From Selaginella moellendorffii (taxonomy: Eukaryota; Plantae; Lycopodiophyta), in assembly GCF_000143415.4 (NCBI RefSeq), contig NW_003314315.1, forward strand, positions 690,653-754,652: DNA of 64,000 nt, read 5' to 3'. The translations under genes were made by a program, and so were the position numbers. The notes beneath the pieces are model-generated. The model made no database searches and was not told the origin of the DNA. It saw nothing but the letters and a program-made list of their open reading frames with translations. Shown here one piece after another: positions 36,341-49,153 of this stretch; the first letter of the stretch is position 1, and the number at the start of each line of letters is the position of its first letter.

Positions 36341-37469
36341 GAGATAGAACAAGTGACTAATGGAGCACTTTTAGGATCCGTGAGGTGGAGAATCTGGAGA
36401 AGCCCGTGGTTGAGGCAAATCACTCGGCCAATTCTGGAGGTTCGCATTTGGCTGCTCGTGTACACGACTCAGATGCCAAGGTAAACAGTCTCCATGCCTC
36501 GAGTTAAAGTATAACTTCTGCTTGAACTAGCCTTCCACCTCGGAGGTTAAGCTTGAGCTCGATGGAGCTTAGAGCGAAAGGAGGTACGCTGTTCGGTCGT
36601 TTTGGACTGATGATACGCTTGAGGTTGCAGGCACAGAATGAAGATTCATGAAACAAATTACTTCGGTTTTTTTAAACCACAACAGGCAAAGGCAGGTCCG
36701 TGGTATTCAATCGAAATTATAACAGATGGAGAAGTCTGGAGGCATTTGAATCAGGAGATTATGATTTGCAAGTTTCAAACAAGGCAACAAGACAACAACT
36801 TTTCATTAAGATAACAGAGAGATATTGAATTGGGGGATTATATTGCAGGTCTCAAACAAACACTTTGGACATTTAATTTCCTGTTTTTAAAAATATAAAC
36901 TTTCAATAACATTTCTTATCGTAAGTAGTAGGTTATAGTAGTCACAGCAGTCAACGATAGTCACTAATTCTTTACGCACATCAATGAATTCATTAGAATG
37001 AGCTCATTAGAACAGTAATGAGATAGCGTTGACTGACACCACGATAATCAATCAATCCATCATGGATAATGGATTGGAGGTCTTGAAAGCAAGGCTACTC
37101 TCAGCCACATTCTCTGCGAAACAGAGCCTCAAATAAGGCAGGAGCTGCACGCTTAGCTTTCCACACCCCATCTTGAGCTTGCCACTGCTGCTACTCTTGT
37201 TCACTCCTTGCACCTTGGCATTGCTTGCGGGAGCCTGCCTGGACACTAGCTATGGTAGCTTTCTTCCACTTCTTACCATTGCCTTTTCTTTCTTCTTCTT
37301 TTCTTCCTCTGGTTCCAGAGTCATTGCAACCTCGTCAAGCTCCTCCACCCTCTCCTTGATCTTGTTCTTGATGTTGTCCTCACCTTTGATATTTCAGCTC
37401 CTCATAGCTTCTATATATGGTTTTTTAATTTTTGGTTTTCTTAAGCAAATCTGTAGAGGATGGTAATGA

Positions 37470-37775
37470 CTATACCTAGAATATGCTTAGATATTCTAGG
37501 ATATTCTACCATATAACGGTTGTTATTCATTTAGATTAATTTTATATTTATAATTTATAAACATTTTTATAATTTATAAATTTTTCTAAACACTTCTAGT
37601 ATACTGTAGTTTATTCTACTATCTAATGGTTGATATTCAATAAGATTAATCTTGTGTTTATAAATTATGAACATGTTTAAAATTATAAACTTCCATTTGA
37701 TTAACTGGATTAATACATAAGATAAAGCAAACCAAGTGTTGTTTGCAACACACAGAAATTTTATTATATATAGGT
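37470..37775 (+). repeat. AT-rich dispersed repeat (second copy at ~56760-57010)
   Basis: Shared gatattctaggatattctaccat...ggattaata. Ends in ttattatatatag, like the Helentron-type terminus at ~57045. Confidence 0.55.
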
Positions 37776-37859
37776 TAAAAAAAATTCTGAATAATTTTTT
37801 TTTAAAATTTTAAAAATTTTGATAACTTTTTACCATTTTTTCATACCAGATCTGCTGAT

Positions 37860-40260
37860 GGATAGTTCAATTTGTGATGCTTTGGGGTTGAGCTCATAAA
37901 AATATCAGAAAAGCATAAAATATAGGAAGTTAGAGATTTTGCTTTGACTAAAGTTTATTTCATTTACTATTATGCTTACTCCTCAAAAAATGTTTGGCTC
38001 TTTAAGTTAGGCAAGGATTATTTGCTCTTCTCCAAGCTATGAAGGATTTAGAGAAGATTCAACTCATGTCCTTACACATCCCAACATACTAGTTGTGTTT
38101 ACAAATGGTTTTTTTTTTTTAATCTAATTTTAGAATTCTCTTGTTTAGGATTCTCATATGCAATGTTGTTTTATGTTGCTAAAGATAACTGTCACATCCA
38201 CTACAATATCCACACGATTTTGACAAGTTAGAAGTAGTGGCAAAGATAGCATACTAGTTCTATGTTATAGCAGACCACACCCACCATGGTGGTACTTGAC
38301 ATGCAAAGCAATCAGAATTGGTAAAACAATGTTAAAAACTATATATTTTCTAAAATATTTTTATGTATAATTTTCAAGGTACAAGCTGTGGCTTGATGTC
38401 AACTTTATACCCAAAGCAATTGAGCAGAAAAAGTGTCCAATGATACAACAATGAAGATTGAAAGTTTCTTTGGAGAGACCACAATTTTAGATAGGATAAA
38501 AGATGAGCTTGATTTTGGAGAAAAAAAAGAACAAGCTTCAAGTGTAGATAGTTATGAGTATAGAATACTAAGCGAGAGTATTTGAGCTCAGAATTAATGT
38601 AGGTTTTTTGGTCTAATCATATGGTTTTTAATATAATTTTCATTTGACCTTGAGTAATAATAATCCTAACAAGACTAACAAGATTGAAAGGGCTGTCTGA
38701 TAAGGGATTGTGGGACTATATTGAGAGTGGTCAAAGTGTCACTAGACTTCCTCTAGAAGATCTAGAGCAAAAGCTTTTCTAGAAACTTTTGGAACTTGAC
38801 AATGCGACATGGATGACAATGCAATCCAGCTAGTAAGGATGCTAAAAAATCTCGAAGTGGAGGAGCCAAAGAGGAGTAGGTATGTGGCAAAAGGGGGGCC
38901 CATGTGTGACAAAAACACTCTATGAAGATGATAGCATCCACTTGCTAATGAAGTACACCCAAACAACCAAGAAGTGCAACACCAACTTTCAGGGGCAAAA
39001 AGTACTCAAAGCATTTCTAGGATCTTCTACAACCTTTACCCAGCAAGAAGTTGTATTATGACAGGTAGCATATGATCAACTACAACAGAGAACAAGGCTG
39101 ATTAAGCTAGTATATAGGCACAAACTTAGTAGACAATATCTTTTGTATTTGTGAGTTGAAAATAGGAGATAACCTCATTGGATTGCAGTAGTGACTTAAG
39201 AAGTTGGTAGATGCTATAAAGAAGAGTACCAAAGTACCAATGAAGATAATTTCACTTGTAAATTTGAATTTATTAGACAATGTAAGGGTTTGTGATGTAG
39301 GATGGCATTTCAAACTTGTCCTTAGCACTAAAGAAAGAAGTACACATTAATTTTGAATTTTTTTTGTACTCGCTCAATCAACCTTGTTCTCTGTTGTAGT
39401 TGCCTATCATATGCTACCTGATAATTGGAAAATACCTCCAATAGCTCATAATAAAACTTCTTGCTGTCCTAGAAATGTTTTGAGTACTTTTTGCCATTGG
39501 AAGTTTGTGTTGCATTTCTAGGTAAAAGCTAGGTATAAACCATATTAATTTCAACAAAACTTTATAGAGTTCAATAACATTTTTCTAGGATCTTCAACCA
39601 GCAAGGATGTGATGACTTATTATCATTGAAACTACAAAAGTTGAGAAAGCTTATGATAACACACATACTTGACTATACAAAGTTCTGTGAATGAAGATAA
39701 TTTCACTTATAAATTTGAATTTTTTAGCCAATGTAAGGGTTTGTGATGTAGGATGGCATTCCAAACTTGTCCTCAGCACTGAAGAAAGAAGTATACATTA
39801 ATTTTGAATTTTTTTTTGTTTCTCAAAAGCTAAACTTCTTAAGAGATGTATTAGCTCAAGTTTTGCAGAAGTGCTATTCAAGATAAAGATGAGCCAATAG
39901 ATAACCCACTCCCTAATGCAAGTCAATGAGTTTTTCATAGTATTTCTTTGTTACTATTTTTCAGCATCTTTTGTTAGGATGAGGACAATGAGAAAACCAA
40001 TGAAAAGGTTTTCCTTACACAATATTTGTAACCATTTAGTTTTTCTTTCTGTAGGCTTAGAGTGAATCACATGGCAAAAGAGACATATGGAGAAGAAGCC
40101 ACCATACCATACCAAAAAATGATAATGAATAAAAGCTAATTTGATAGTGTTCAATTGTAGCTTAGTTGTATATATAGATTAATATTTCCTAGCTTAATTT
40201 TAAAAATACAAAATGTAATTTTTAGAGCTCTTTGAAGTGTGTTTTTTCTATTAGAAGTGA
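37860..40260 (+). repeat. Dispersed repeat X; its paralogue is split between 56345-55237 (-) and 26361-26690 (+)
   Basis: 39961-40010 (tcagcatcttttgttaggatgaggacaatgagaaaaccaatgaaaagg) is the uninterrupted version of the two flanks of the split LARD. Confidence 0.75.
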
Positions 40261-41008
40261 ACTAAACTATATATTTATTGCTATTTTTTTATAGGCATCC
40301 TAAGGAAAATATCAAGAAAATAGTACTTAATGCAAACCAAGATGTAGAAATAAAAACCTACACTACCACTAGCACAAATGGTAGATGAAGAGTGAATGGC
40401 AAATGTGTCTAATAATACAAATGGAAAGAAGGTTTATTACTTCTTGTGTTATATGTATTAATTATGACTAACTTCTATGGCTTATAGACTATATCCATGC
40501 CGGTAGAAGCCATCATTAACATGGTTGAAGATGCAGCAGCCACAAATATGACAAGGGACTCTTTGGTTGTATGTATTATTGTATTATGTAATAATTTTAT
40601 TTAGCTTTATAAGAAACATTGGCATAATTACAAGACAATGAAACAGTCTAGCAAATGTTCTTTTGCTAAAAAGCTAATGCTTAGAGAGGAGGTTTGCCTA
40701 ATTTTTAGAGGACCTAAATTATACCACTTACCTTTCTCACCTAGAAAACAATATTATATTATGAGGTTCAATTTATACATATGCTAATATTAGTATAGTG
40801 GGATTTTGATTTGCATTGTTTAAATTTCTCTTATTCCTAGAACTTTTTTATTTTTTCCCTTTTTTTCATTTTTCATTTTATTTATCTTCATGCTATAATA
40901 ACATACTCCTCCTTTGACTTTAGAGCAACAATTGATGCAATTGCTTAATACAAAATGGCTATAGTTGACCAACTACACTCAATTGATAGTAGCATTCATG
41001 GCATATAG

Positions 41009-41296
41009 ATGCTTTATTTCGTTAAAGTGGGACTTTTCATTATCCCACTTATGGTGTGTGGCCACATGCCATTTTTATAACAACAATAAAAAATTGAAGT
41101 TTTAACTTTATAATTTATAAATTAAAAACTTTTCATATGATTTTGTGTTATAATATTGTGAAATATAAAAAAATAAATTAAAAAACTGATAAAAATATTA
41201 ATAAATATTAATTAAGTACTAGGAAATGGCATGTGGACACATGCTAATTAATGTCCCACTTTACTGAATAAGTCCCACTTTAACGAAATAAAGCAT
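41009..41296. mobile_element. 288-bp MITE, copy 1
   Basis: 27-bp TIR ATGCTTTATTTCGTTAAAGTGGGACTT; 4-bp TSD ATAG. Confidence 0.95.
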
Positions 41297-43189
41297 ATAG
41301 TGCAACTCTTCTTACTTTTACTTCTAATCCTTGTGTTCAGCCAAATTTCTTCCATGGGAATCCTAGGGATAATGTGTACTATTGGTTGGATAACTTTTCA
41401 ATGATTATTATCTATCATTTTTGGGATGATGCCCGGTGTCTATACAAATTCCCCACATGTTTGCAATAAACCGTATTACAATGGTATAATGGTTTGGGTG
41501 TAACCACTCATGTGGATTAGAGCCTTTTTCAAGTCATCTTAAAATATGCATTTAGATATGCTAATAACTATGATGATGCCTTCCAACAATTCCATCATCT
41601 TTATCATCGGCTATTTGAATTAGTTATACAATTTAATGTTTGCTTTTAAAGTTTCTTGCTTTATCTAGAGCAAAATATGTTAAAGCAAATCAAATTGGGT
41701 CTAGTATTTCATCAAGATCTTGTGGAGTTTGTGCATGCACTTACCCTAACTACCTTTGATAATTCTTTAACTTGCACAATACAATGAGATATCACTTCTC
41801 CCACTTGTAGTTGTACATGCTTTAGCTTTGGTTCCTATGGGAGATGATTTTATTCTGATGGAGGTTTGCTATTGATTGCTGCTCATGTTCAATAACAAAG
41901 ATAGAGACATGGTTGTGGCCATGATGCTCACTACTGAGCATATGATGAGGTTAGCCACATATATTTTACTATCTACATTTTCCCAATTTATATCCTCCAT
42001 TTCCTAAGTAGAAACCTTGGCATCATCAACATCTTATTAGTGCTATTGTGGTGAAAGGTCTTGATATTAAAATTATTCCAAGAAACAAGGAAGTGCATAT
42101 GTAGTGGAGGGACTTTGTGTGAATTAGTCCATAACTCCTTTATCCTTCTTTTAAGAATATTATTAAGGGGTTCATTGGGTACTAATTCATCCAATGTTTA
42201 CTTTTCAAGTTTAATTTTATATTATGAGATTCACTGTTATCCTCTTTATGTTGGTTGATACAAATTTGAGTTTATCTTCTATTACTCAACTTGTTGCCAC
42301 ATGTTGTTATTTATATTTGTGTTGTGTGATAGAATCAATTTTCATTCTCTATAGCAACTACCATACACATGCTTGTGTACAAGATTGAGAAAAACCTAAT
42401 CGTGTGGGTGATTTCGAGATTGAGTTCCAATCTTTTAGATGTTGGTAAGTCAATATTTTGACCTCATCCTTAGTATGGATTAATTGTAGTGCAATTATAT
42501 TAAATATAACTTTAAGGATTCTCCCCCTTTTATCATACTCTTTTATATGTCTTCTATGGTATAGGGTAGTGTTGGACAAGGCATAATCCATCTAGAATGT
42601 TGTAAAAAACCAAAGAAAACAGTTTGAAAAATGATTTATAGGATTCAAATATAAAGGGAAAAGACCTATGAATAAGAGTGCACCTCTTTTCCAATAAATC
42701 AAGGGTCTTGGGATACTTAGGGTTAAATGTCCTTGTAATACTAGGTTGGGTGACTTTTCAAGAAGTCCAAATTCAGGAATTTAAAAGTTTTGGATTCGGC
42801 TTTATTGGTTGGCTAAAGAAATCACACCACATATTGATTAACATCTAGCAAGTCTAGTGTGCTTCAGCTGGACTCGACCTAAAGGGTAAGGTGAAAGACA
42901 ATCCATAGGGTTCAAATATAGAGGGAAAATTTCCCTGATGTTTGAGGCAGCACAGCCTGGGATGGGAGGTAACTGGGTAAAAATCGTTTTCCTAGTTTGT
43001 GTGCTCATGGAAATTTTTTTGTGATGTTTGGGCGTGGCCGAGGGGGCTGGAGCAACAGCTGTTTTTCCCTTTGCTCCTGGAAAACTTGCGAGGGATTGTC
43101 TATATTGATGTCTCGATCTTGAGTGTGTGAGAAGTATACATGAGAAGTTTATATAGCCTTATAAGTGAACATAAGAATCTCCAAGGCAT

Positions 43190-44612
43190 TATGAGACATA
43201 AAATCCCTAGGCCCCAAAGAGGAGCTACCATGGGGTAGTGGCTGAGGCGGAAGCCAAATGGGAGTAACACATATGGACTAAAAACTCTAACTCGAAAGGT
43301 CAAGAGCAGGAGTGGAACTCCCAATAAAGTGCTCGAGGAACGAGCACAAAATGAGCAATAGGTGAGTCTCTAGAAAAGGGACACAAAAGGACAAACACAA
43401 GACTTGAGATGGAGTCCGAGATGGGCCTGAGATGAAGTCTGAGATGGAGTCCAAGATGGACTCGAGATGGACCCGAGATGGAGTCTGAGATGGAACTGAG
43501 ATCGAGACCGGGACCGAGATTGAGACTGAGACCAAGACCGAGTCCGAAACCAAGACTGAGACCAAGTCCAAGTCCGAATACTAATCGAATACTCGTATAG
43601 GCTGTTGGGTGAAATACCAAAGCGATCATCCCCCAGGGGGGAGGGGGGTTGCAGAGGGTTCCAAAAGTATAGTATGGAGAGTGTGAGGGTTAGACCCTAG
43701 TGGAGCTAATTTGGCCAGAAAAGGCTAATTTGGCCCAGAAAGGCTATACCCAAGTGTTGGGTGATGGAATGACCATTGGGAAGTCTAAAGTTAAAGTGAA
43801 TATAAACCGACAAGAAGGGTATCTTGGTGAGGTGTTCAAGAGCCAACTCTAGTTCCCCCGAGAGATCAAATGGTCAATACTCCCAGTCCAAGCGTGGGTG
43901 GCACTACCTACTTGGATACCTAGTGTGGCTCAACGGAACCTTGCTCTAAGCCCATGGCTAGAGCACCCAAAAGCAGAAGGCGAGGAGAGTACCCATGAGG
44001 CTCGCGTAGGGCCACAGTATTCTGAAATGTTGTCCTAAAGTCCCATATTATAGAAAGGAAGAGGGGCAATCTTCTGGTGTAATGACCAAAGTTACAGTCA
44101 CATAGTGTGGAAATCCTAAGGGATAGTGGGACTTGGTGGTCGGGCCTGTGGGCCTTGACCCAGTGGCAGTGTCAGCGAACATGGCCATGGACAGGAAGGG
44201 ACTTGGTGGGGACTGAAAAAGGGATATTGGGGAAGGTTGTTCCCCATTCTACAGAAATCTTAAAGATGCTAAAGAGTGGATCTAGGATGACCATTCATGG
44301 ACAGATGGCCCAATCTTTGAGAGACGGGATTGTGATGCAAGTGGTGTTGGACCACTAGTGTGGCAAAGGTGAATGGGCATGGCCTTAGTGTAATAAGCTG
44401 ATATGTTAATGGTATCTCTGGGTGTCAATCATGGGATTAGACATGTGGAGCACTTGGACCAAGTGTAAAAGTTGAGTGGTAGGGATGCCATCCTCAAGGC
44501 TAGCCAGCCCAAGTCCGAAATAGAACTTATAAAAGTTGTGAGTGAGATTCCTCCAAGTGGTCAGAAGTGTGGCTAAGTAACTAAAGTAGAATGAAAAATT
44601 TAGTCACTTACA
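43190..44612 (+). mobile_element. Solo LTR, family A
   Basis: TSD GGCAT (43185-43189 / 44613-44617); 5' TG mutated to TA. Confidence 0.92.
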
Positions 44613-45516
44613 GGCATCTTGTGATAACATGACAACTGTAATAACATAGTTGAAAACTAAGATCCTTAGGTAGTATGGAATGGAAGATGTAAAGGACAAG
44701 GATATGATGGATATAATAGTAGAAGATTCTTAATTGAAATGGCTTATAAAGAACTTTTTTCTACATTAGGTTCTTAATGAGAATGTAATGTCATGTTGGT
44801 AGGAGTGGCAACACATTCTCAGCCAAGCAAGTATTGTGGAGGCTTAATATGAAGCTCTTTTCTATAATTGAGGTATCAATGTTGTGGTGGGATCCAAATG
44901 TCTTTTACTTTTACCTTTGTTTCTATCATTTTTGTCTTTCCATTACTTTTTACTACATTTCCTTTTTATTCTTCTATTCCTTTAAATCCCTTGTACAGTC
45001 TTTGTGTTGTGGTGGTTAATTGCTTGAAGCAAGAGTATGCTACTCTTCAACCCTAAATTATTGTTTGGGGCCAAAATTACAGATGCTTGTCTGATCAACA
45101 TTCTTATTTGGCATTAGTCACCAAAGAAGATCAAGATTTTATAAGCAAATATTTAGTAGATGTTAGAGAAAGCTGTTATCTAAAAGTTTTAGAGTCATTA
45201 GGCATATAAACCTCATTTTATGATGAAGCTTAATAGAAGTATTTATTTCTACATCAACTATCATTTATGAAATGATATGACAATTCCAAATATGTACCCT
45301 CTTCCCCACACTGATAATTTTCTAAACCATTTTAGGTGAAGTCATTAGTTCACCAACTTGAATCTTGCTTATTGGTATTGGCAAGTTCTAATGGCTAAAG
45401 AGGATATTCCCAAGACTATTTTCTATATATCATTGGTTTATACAAGTTCTTGATGATGCCATATAAATTGAGTAATACTTCAACAACTTTTCAACAAATA
45501 ATAGAGAAGGTTCTTT

Positions 45517-45804
45517 ATGCTTTATTTCGTTAAAGTGGGACTTATTCAGTAAAGTGGGACATTAATTAGCATGTGTCCACATGCCATTTCCTAGTACTTA
45601 ATTAATATTTATTAATATTTCTATCAGTTTTTTAATTTATTTTTTTATATTTCACAATATTATAACACAAAATCATATGAAAAGTTTTTAATTTATAAAT
45701 TATAAAGTTAAAACTTCAATTTTTTATTGTTGTTATAAAAATGGCATGTGGCCACACACCATAAATGGGATAATGAAAAGTCCCACTTTAACGAAATAAA
45801 GCAT
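45517..45804. mobile_element. 288-bp MITE, copy 2 (opposite orientation)
   Basis: Same TIR; TSD CTTT. Confidence 0.95.
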
Positions 45805-47139
45805 CTTTGCAATATATTAGAGATGACTACTAACTCTATCGATGATGTCTTGATCCACTCTAAGGGGATGTGGGAGAAGGTTACCTATAATATTCACAAA
45901 GTGTTAGATCAAATGTAGAAAGTTGGATTGAAGTTGAAGTGGTCAAAATGTGCATTTAGATCGAAAGACATGATTTATCTTAGGTATTGCATTTCTTATA
46001 AAGGTTTGCAAGTTAATCATGACAAACTTATGACTATTCTAAAGTTTTCTACTTCAAAGTGTATGAATGATGTGCAATGCTTTTTTGGCAAGATGCAACA
46101 TCTTGGTCATTTTATTGATCACCTTTTTTATCATACTACACCATTATAAGTATTAAAGTGGTGTTGACAACTTCTCCAGTTTTAGTGTACCTTGATTACA
46201 CTTGATATTTCATCCTATGTATGAATGTTTTTTATATTAATCTTAAAAGTGTGTTAATACAAAAGAGCACAAGTGTATTTAGTCAATATTATCCTATTAT
46301 ATACATCAATCATACTTTACAATTAGCAAAAGTGAATTACTCCATAATAGAAAATAAGTGTCTAGTAGCAGTTTAGGGTTTTGAAAAGCTTCATATATAC
46401 TTCTATAGTTCTCAAATATTGTTAGAAGGTGATTATATTGTGGTTACTTCATTATTGAAGTGAAAAAACTTGGTTAGTTATATGGCTTAAAGTGATGAAC
46501 AACCTCAAAGTCATATATTTGATCTTCTCCCTTCTTTATTCTTTTATTGTGTTTTTAACAAACCTATTATTCTAGCATTAATTGATTTTTTGGATGAGGA
46601 TTCTATGCCATTGGCAATTGTTATACTTGATATTTAATATCCGCAAGGTGTGAAGCTAAATTTACCTTTTCTTCGTGAAGTTCATGAGGCTCAAAAGTTG
46701 AGTCATGGATCTGAAGGCTTTATAATGGGTTAAGAATCTTGCATTACTTGTTGATAATTTGCTATTTTGACATTTACATTGACCTTTATTTTTTAGGGAT
46801 TGATCTTAATAACCATTTACAATTGATGATGCTTTTGATTTTTATTCCATGTTTTCTCCACATTTACTATAACTTATTGCATCTTTGGTTAATTGAAAGA
46901 CCTATGCAGCTTTTTAATCAAACTCATATGCTCATACAGAAAAAGGATGATATTATATGATATATGTATAGCTATGTTTGGTATTAAGCTCGTACTACTT
47001 TCCCTTATGGTATAGAAGGATGGTTAAAGTTAATTGCACTTTCCATCCATTTAAGTGGAGTTTAATCTAATAGGGCCTTTTCCACAATTAATTGAGCAAT
47101 AAATATGTCATTATTGCTTTCGAGTACTTGACTTGGTGG

Positions 47140-48869
47140 TGTAAGCAATTAATTTTTCCATTCCACTTTAGCCACTTAACCACACCTTTGACCATTTGGA
47201 TAAGTCTCACTCATGAACTCCATAAGTTTTACTCCTGACTTGGAGACATATTAACCCCGTGAATAGCATCTATGCCACTCAGCCTTTATGCTTTATTTCG
47301 TTAAAGTGGGACTTTTCATTATCCCACTTATGGTGTGTGGCCACATGCCATTTTTATAACAACAATAAAAAATTGAAGTTTTAACTTTATAATTTATAAA
47401 TTAAAAACTTTTCATATGATTTTGTGTTATAATATTGTGAAATATAAAAAAATAAATTAAAAAACTGATAGAAATATTAATAAATATTAATTAAGTACTA
47501 GGAAATGGCATGTGGACACATGCTAATTAATGTCCCACTTTACTGAATAAGTCCCACTTTAACGAAATAAAGCATCTTTGCACTTGGTTCCAAGTGTTCC
47601 ATTAGTCTGATTCTATGACTGACATCCAAAGGTACTACCAACATATTAGCCCATTACATTAAAGCCATGCCCATTCACCTTTATAAAATCAATAGTCTAA
47701 AACCACTTGTATCACAGTTCTGTCTCTCAGAGATTGGGCCATCCATCCATGAGTGGTCATCTCTTAACCACACCTTAACACCCTTAGAATGTTTGGAGAC
47801 ATGGGGAACACTCTTCTCCAATGTCCTTTATTCTGTCCCCACCAAGTCTCTCTTCATTCATAGCCATGCTCACCAACACTGCCACTAGATCAAGGCCCAA
47901 AGGCCTGACTACTAAATCCTATTGTACTTTAGGATTTCCTCACCATGCAACTGTATCCTTAGTTATTACACCAAAGGATTGCTCCTCTTCCTTTCTATAG
48001 TCTGGGATTTTAAGATGATATTTTGAAACATTGTGGCCCTACATGAGCCTTGTGGGTACTCTCCCCATCTTCTGCCCTTAGATGCTCTAGCCATGTGAAT
48101 AGAGTGAAGTTCCGATGAGCCACGCCAAGTATCAAAGTAAGTAGTGCCATCCACACTTGAATTGGGAGCATCAATCATTTGATCTCCCGGGAAAGCTAGA
48201 GCCAGCTCTTGAATACTTCACCAAGCTACCCCACTTGTTTGTCTATATTCATTTTAACCTTGGACTCCTTAGTGGTTATATCATCACCCAACACATGAGT
48301 ATAACCTTTCTTGGTCACACTAGCCTTTTCTGGCCAAATTGGCTCCATTGGAGTCCTCCCCTTACTATACTTTTGGAGCTCACCAAACCTCCTAAGGTTT
48401 GGGAGACGATCACTTTGGGCTTTCACTCTTAGACTTGGACTCAATCTCGGTCTTGGTCTTGGCCTCGGTCTTGGTCTCGATCTTAGTCTCAGACTCCATC
48501 TCAAACCTATTTGGGACTTGACCTCGAACTCCATCCTAGATCCATCTTGAACTTGACCTTGGACTCCATCTTGGGTCCATCTCAGACTCCATCTTGAGTC
48601 CATCTTAGATCTATCTCGAACTCCATCTTGAGTCCATCTTAGGTCTATCTTGGACTCCATCTCAGGCTCCATCTCAAGCTTCATCTCAAACTCCATCTCT
48701 TGTCCATTTTGAACTCTATCTCAAGTCCATCTCAAACTCCATCTTAGAGTCCATCTCAAACTCCATCTTGGACTTGTTCCTGACATTTCCATATGTCACG
48801 ACACTTGCCATATGTTAGTCCTTATATCCCTTTTTAGAGACTCATTCACCGATTGTTTTGTGCTCATTT
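47140..48869 (-). mobile_element. Family A LTR, interrupted or truncated at ~48870
   Basis: Starts tgtaagcaatt inside the decayed integrase; LTR similarity stops abruptly at gtgctcattt. Confidence 0.85.
47288..47575. mobile_element. 288-bp MITE, copy 3
   Basis: Same TIR; TSD CTTT; inserted in a family A LTR. Confidence 0.95.
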
Positions 48870-49153
48870 ATTGCAAATGTGACTTTAGGGGGCTGGGTAG
48901 TTTTTGAGTTGAGGTCAAGTCAATGAAAGTTAACAAAAGTCAAAGGAAGTCAATACAATCCCCTAACTAGTGAAAGTTTAATGGCACTACCTTAGTTCGT
49001 CCCGAACCAAGAATTTTTAACATAAAATCTAGGTGTTTAAGGTATTCCATAAGCTCATGTAGATTATTGGTTCGACATGAATTAATCTTTTAGTCTACAA
49101 AGAAAGAAAATTATATATTAAACAATATAATTTATATTAAAATCAGAATATAT

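Larger units (their letters stand above)
40759..47139 (+). mobile_element. Heavily decayed copy of the tRNA-Ala gypsy family, with nested insertions
   Basis: LTR remnant (tatgctaatattagtatagtgggattttg), gag ~40890-41900, protease MLVDT ~42250, and RT-RH-INT ~45082-47139 all align by eye with 29008-33995, with pervasive C>T/G>A changes. Confidence 0.82.

Noticed and set aside
37052-37466. Short gene-like ORFs
   Set aside because: In-frame stops and no recognisable family; not enough support for a call.
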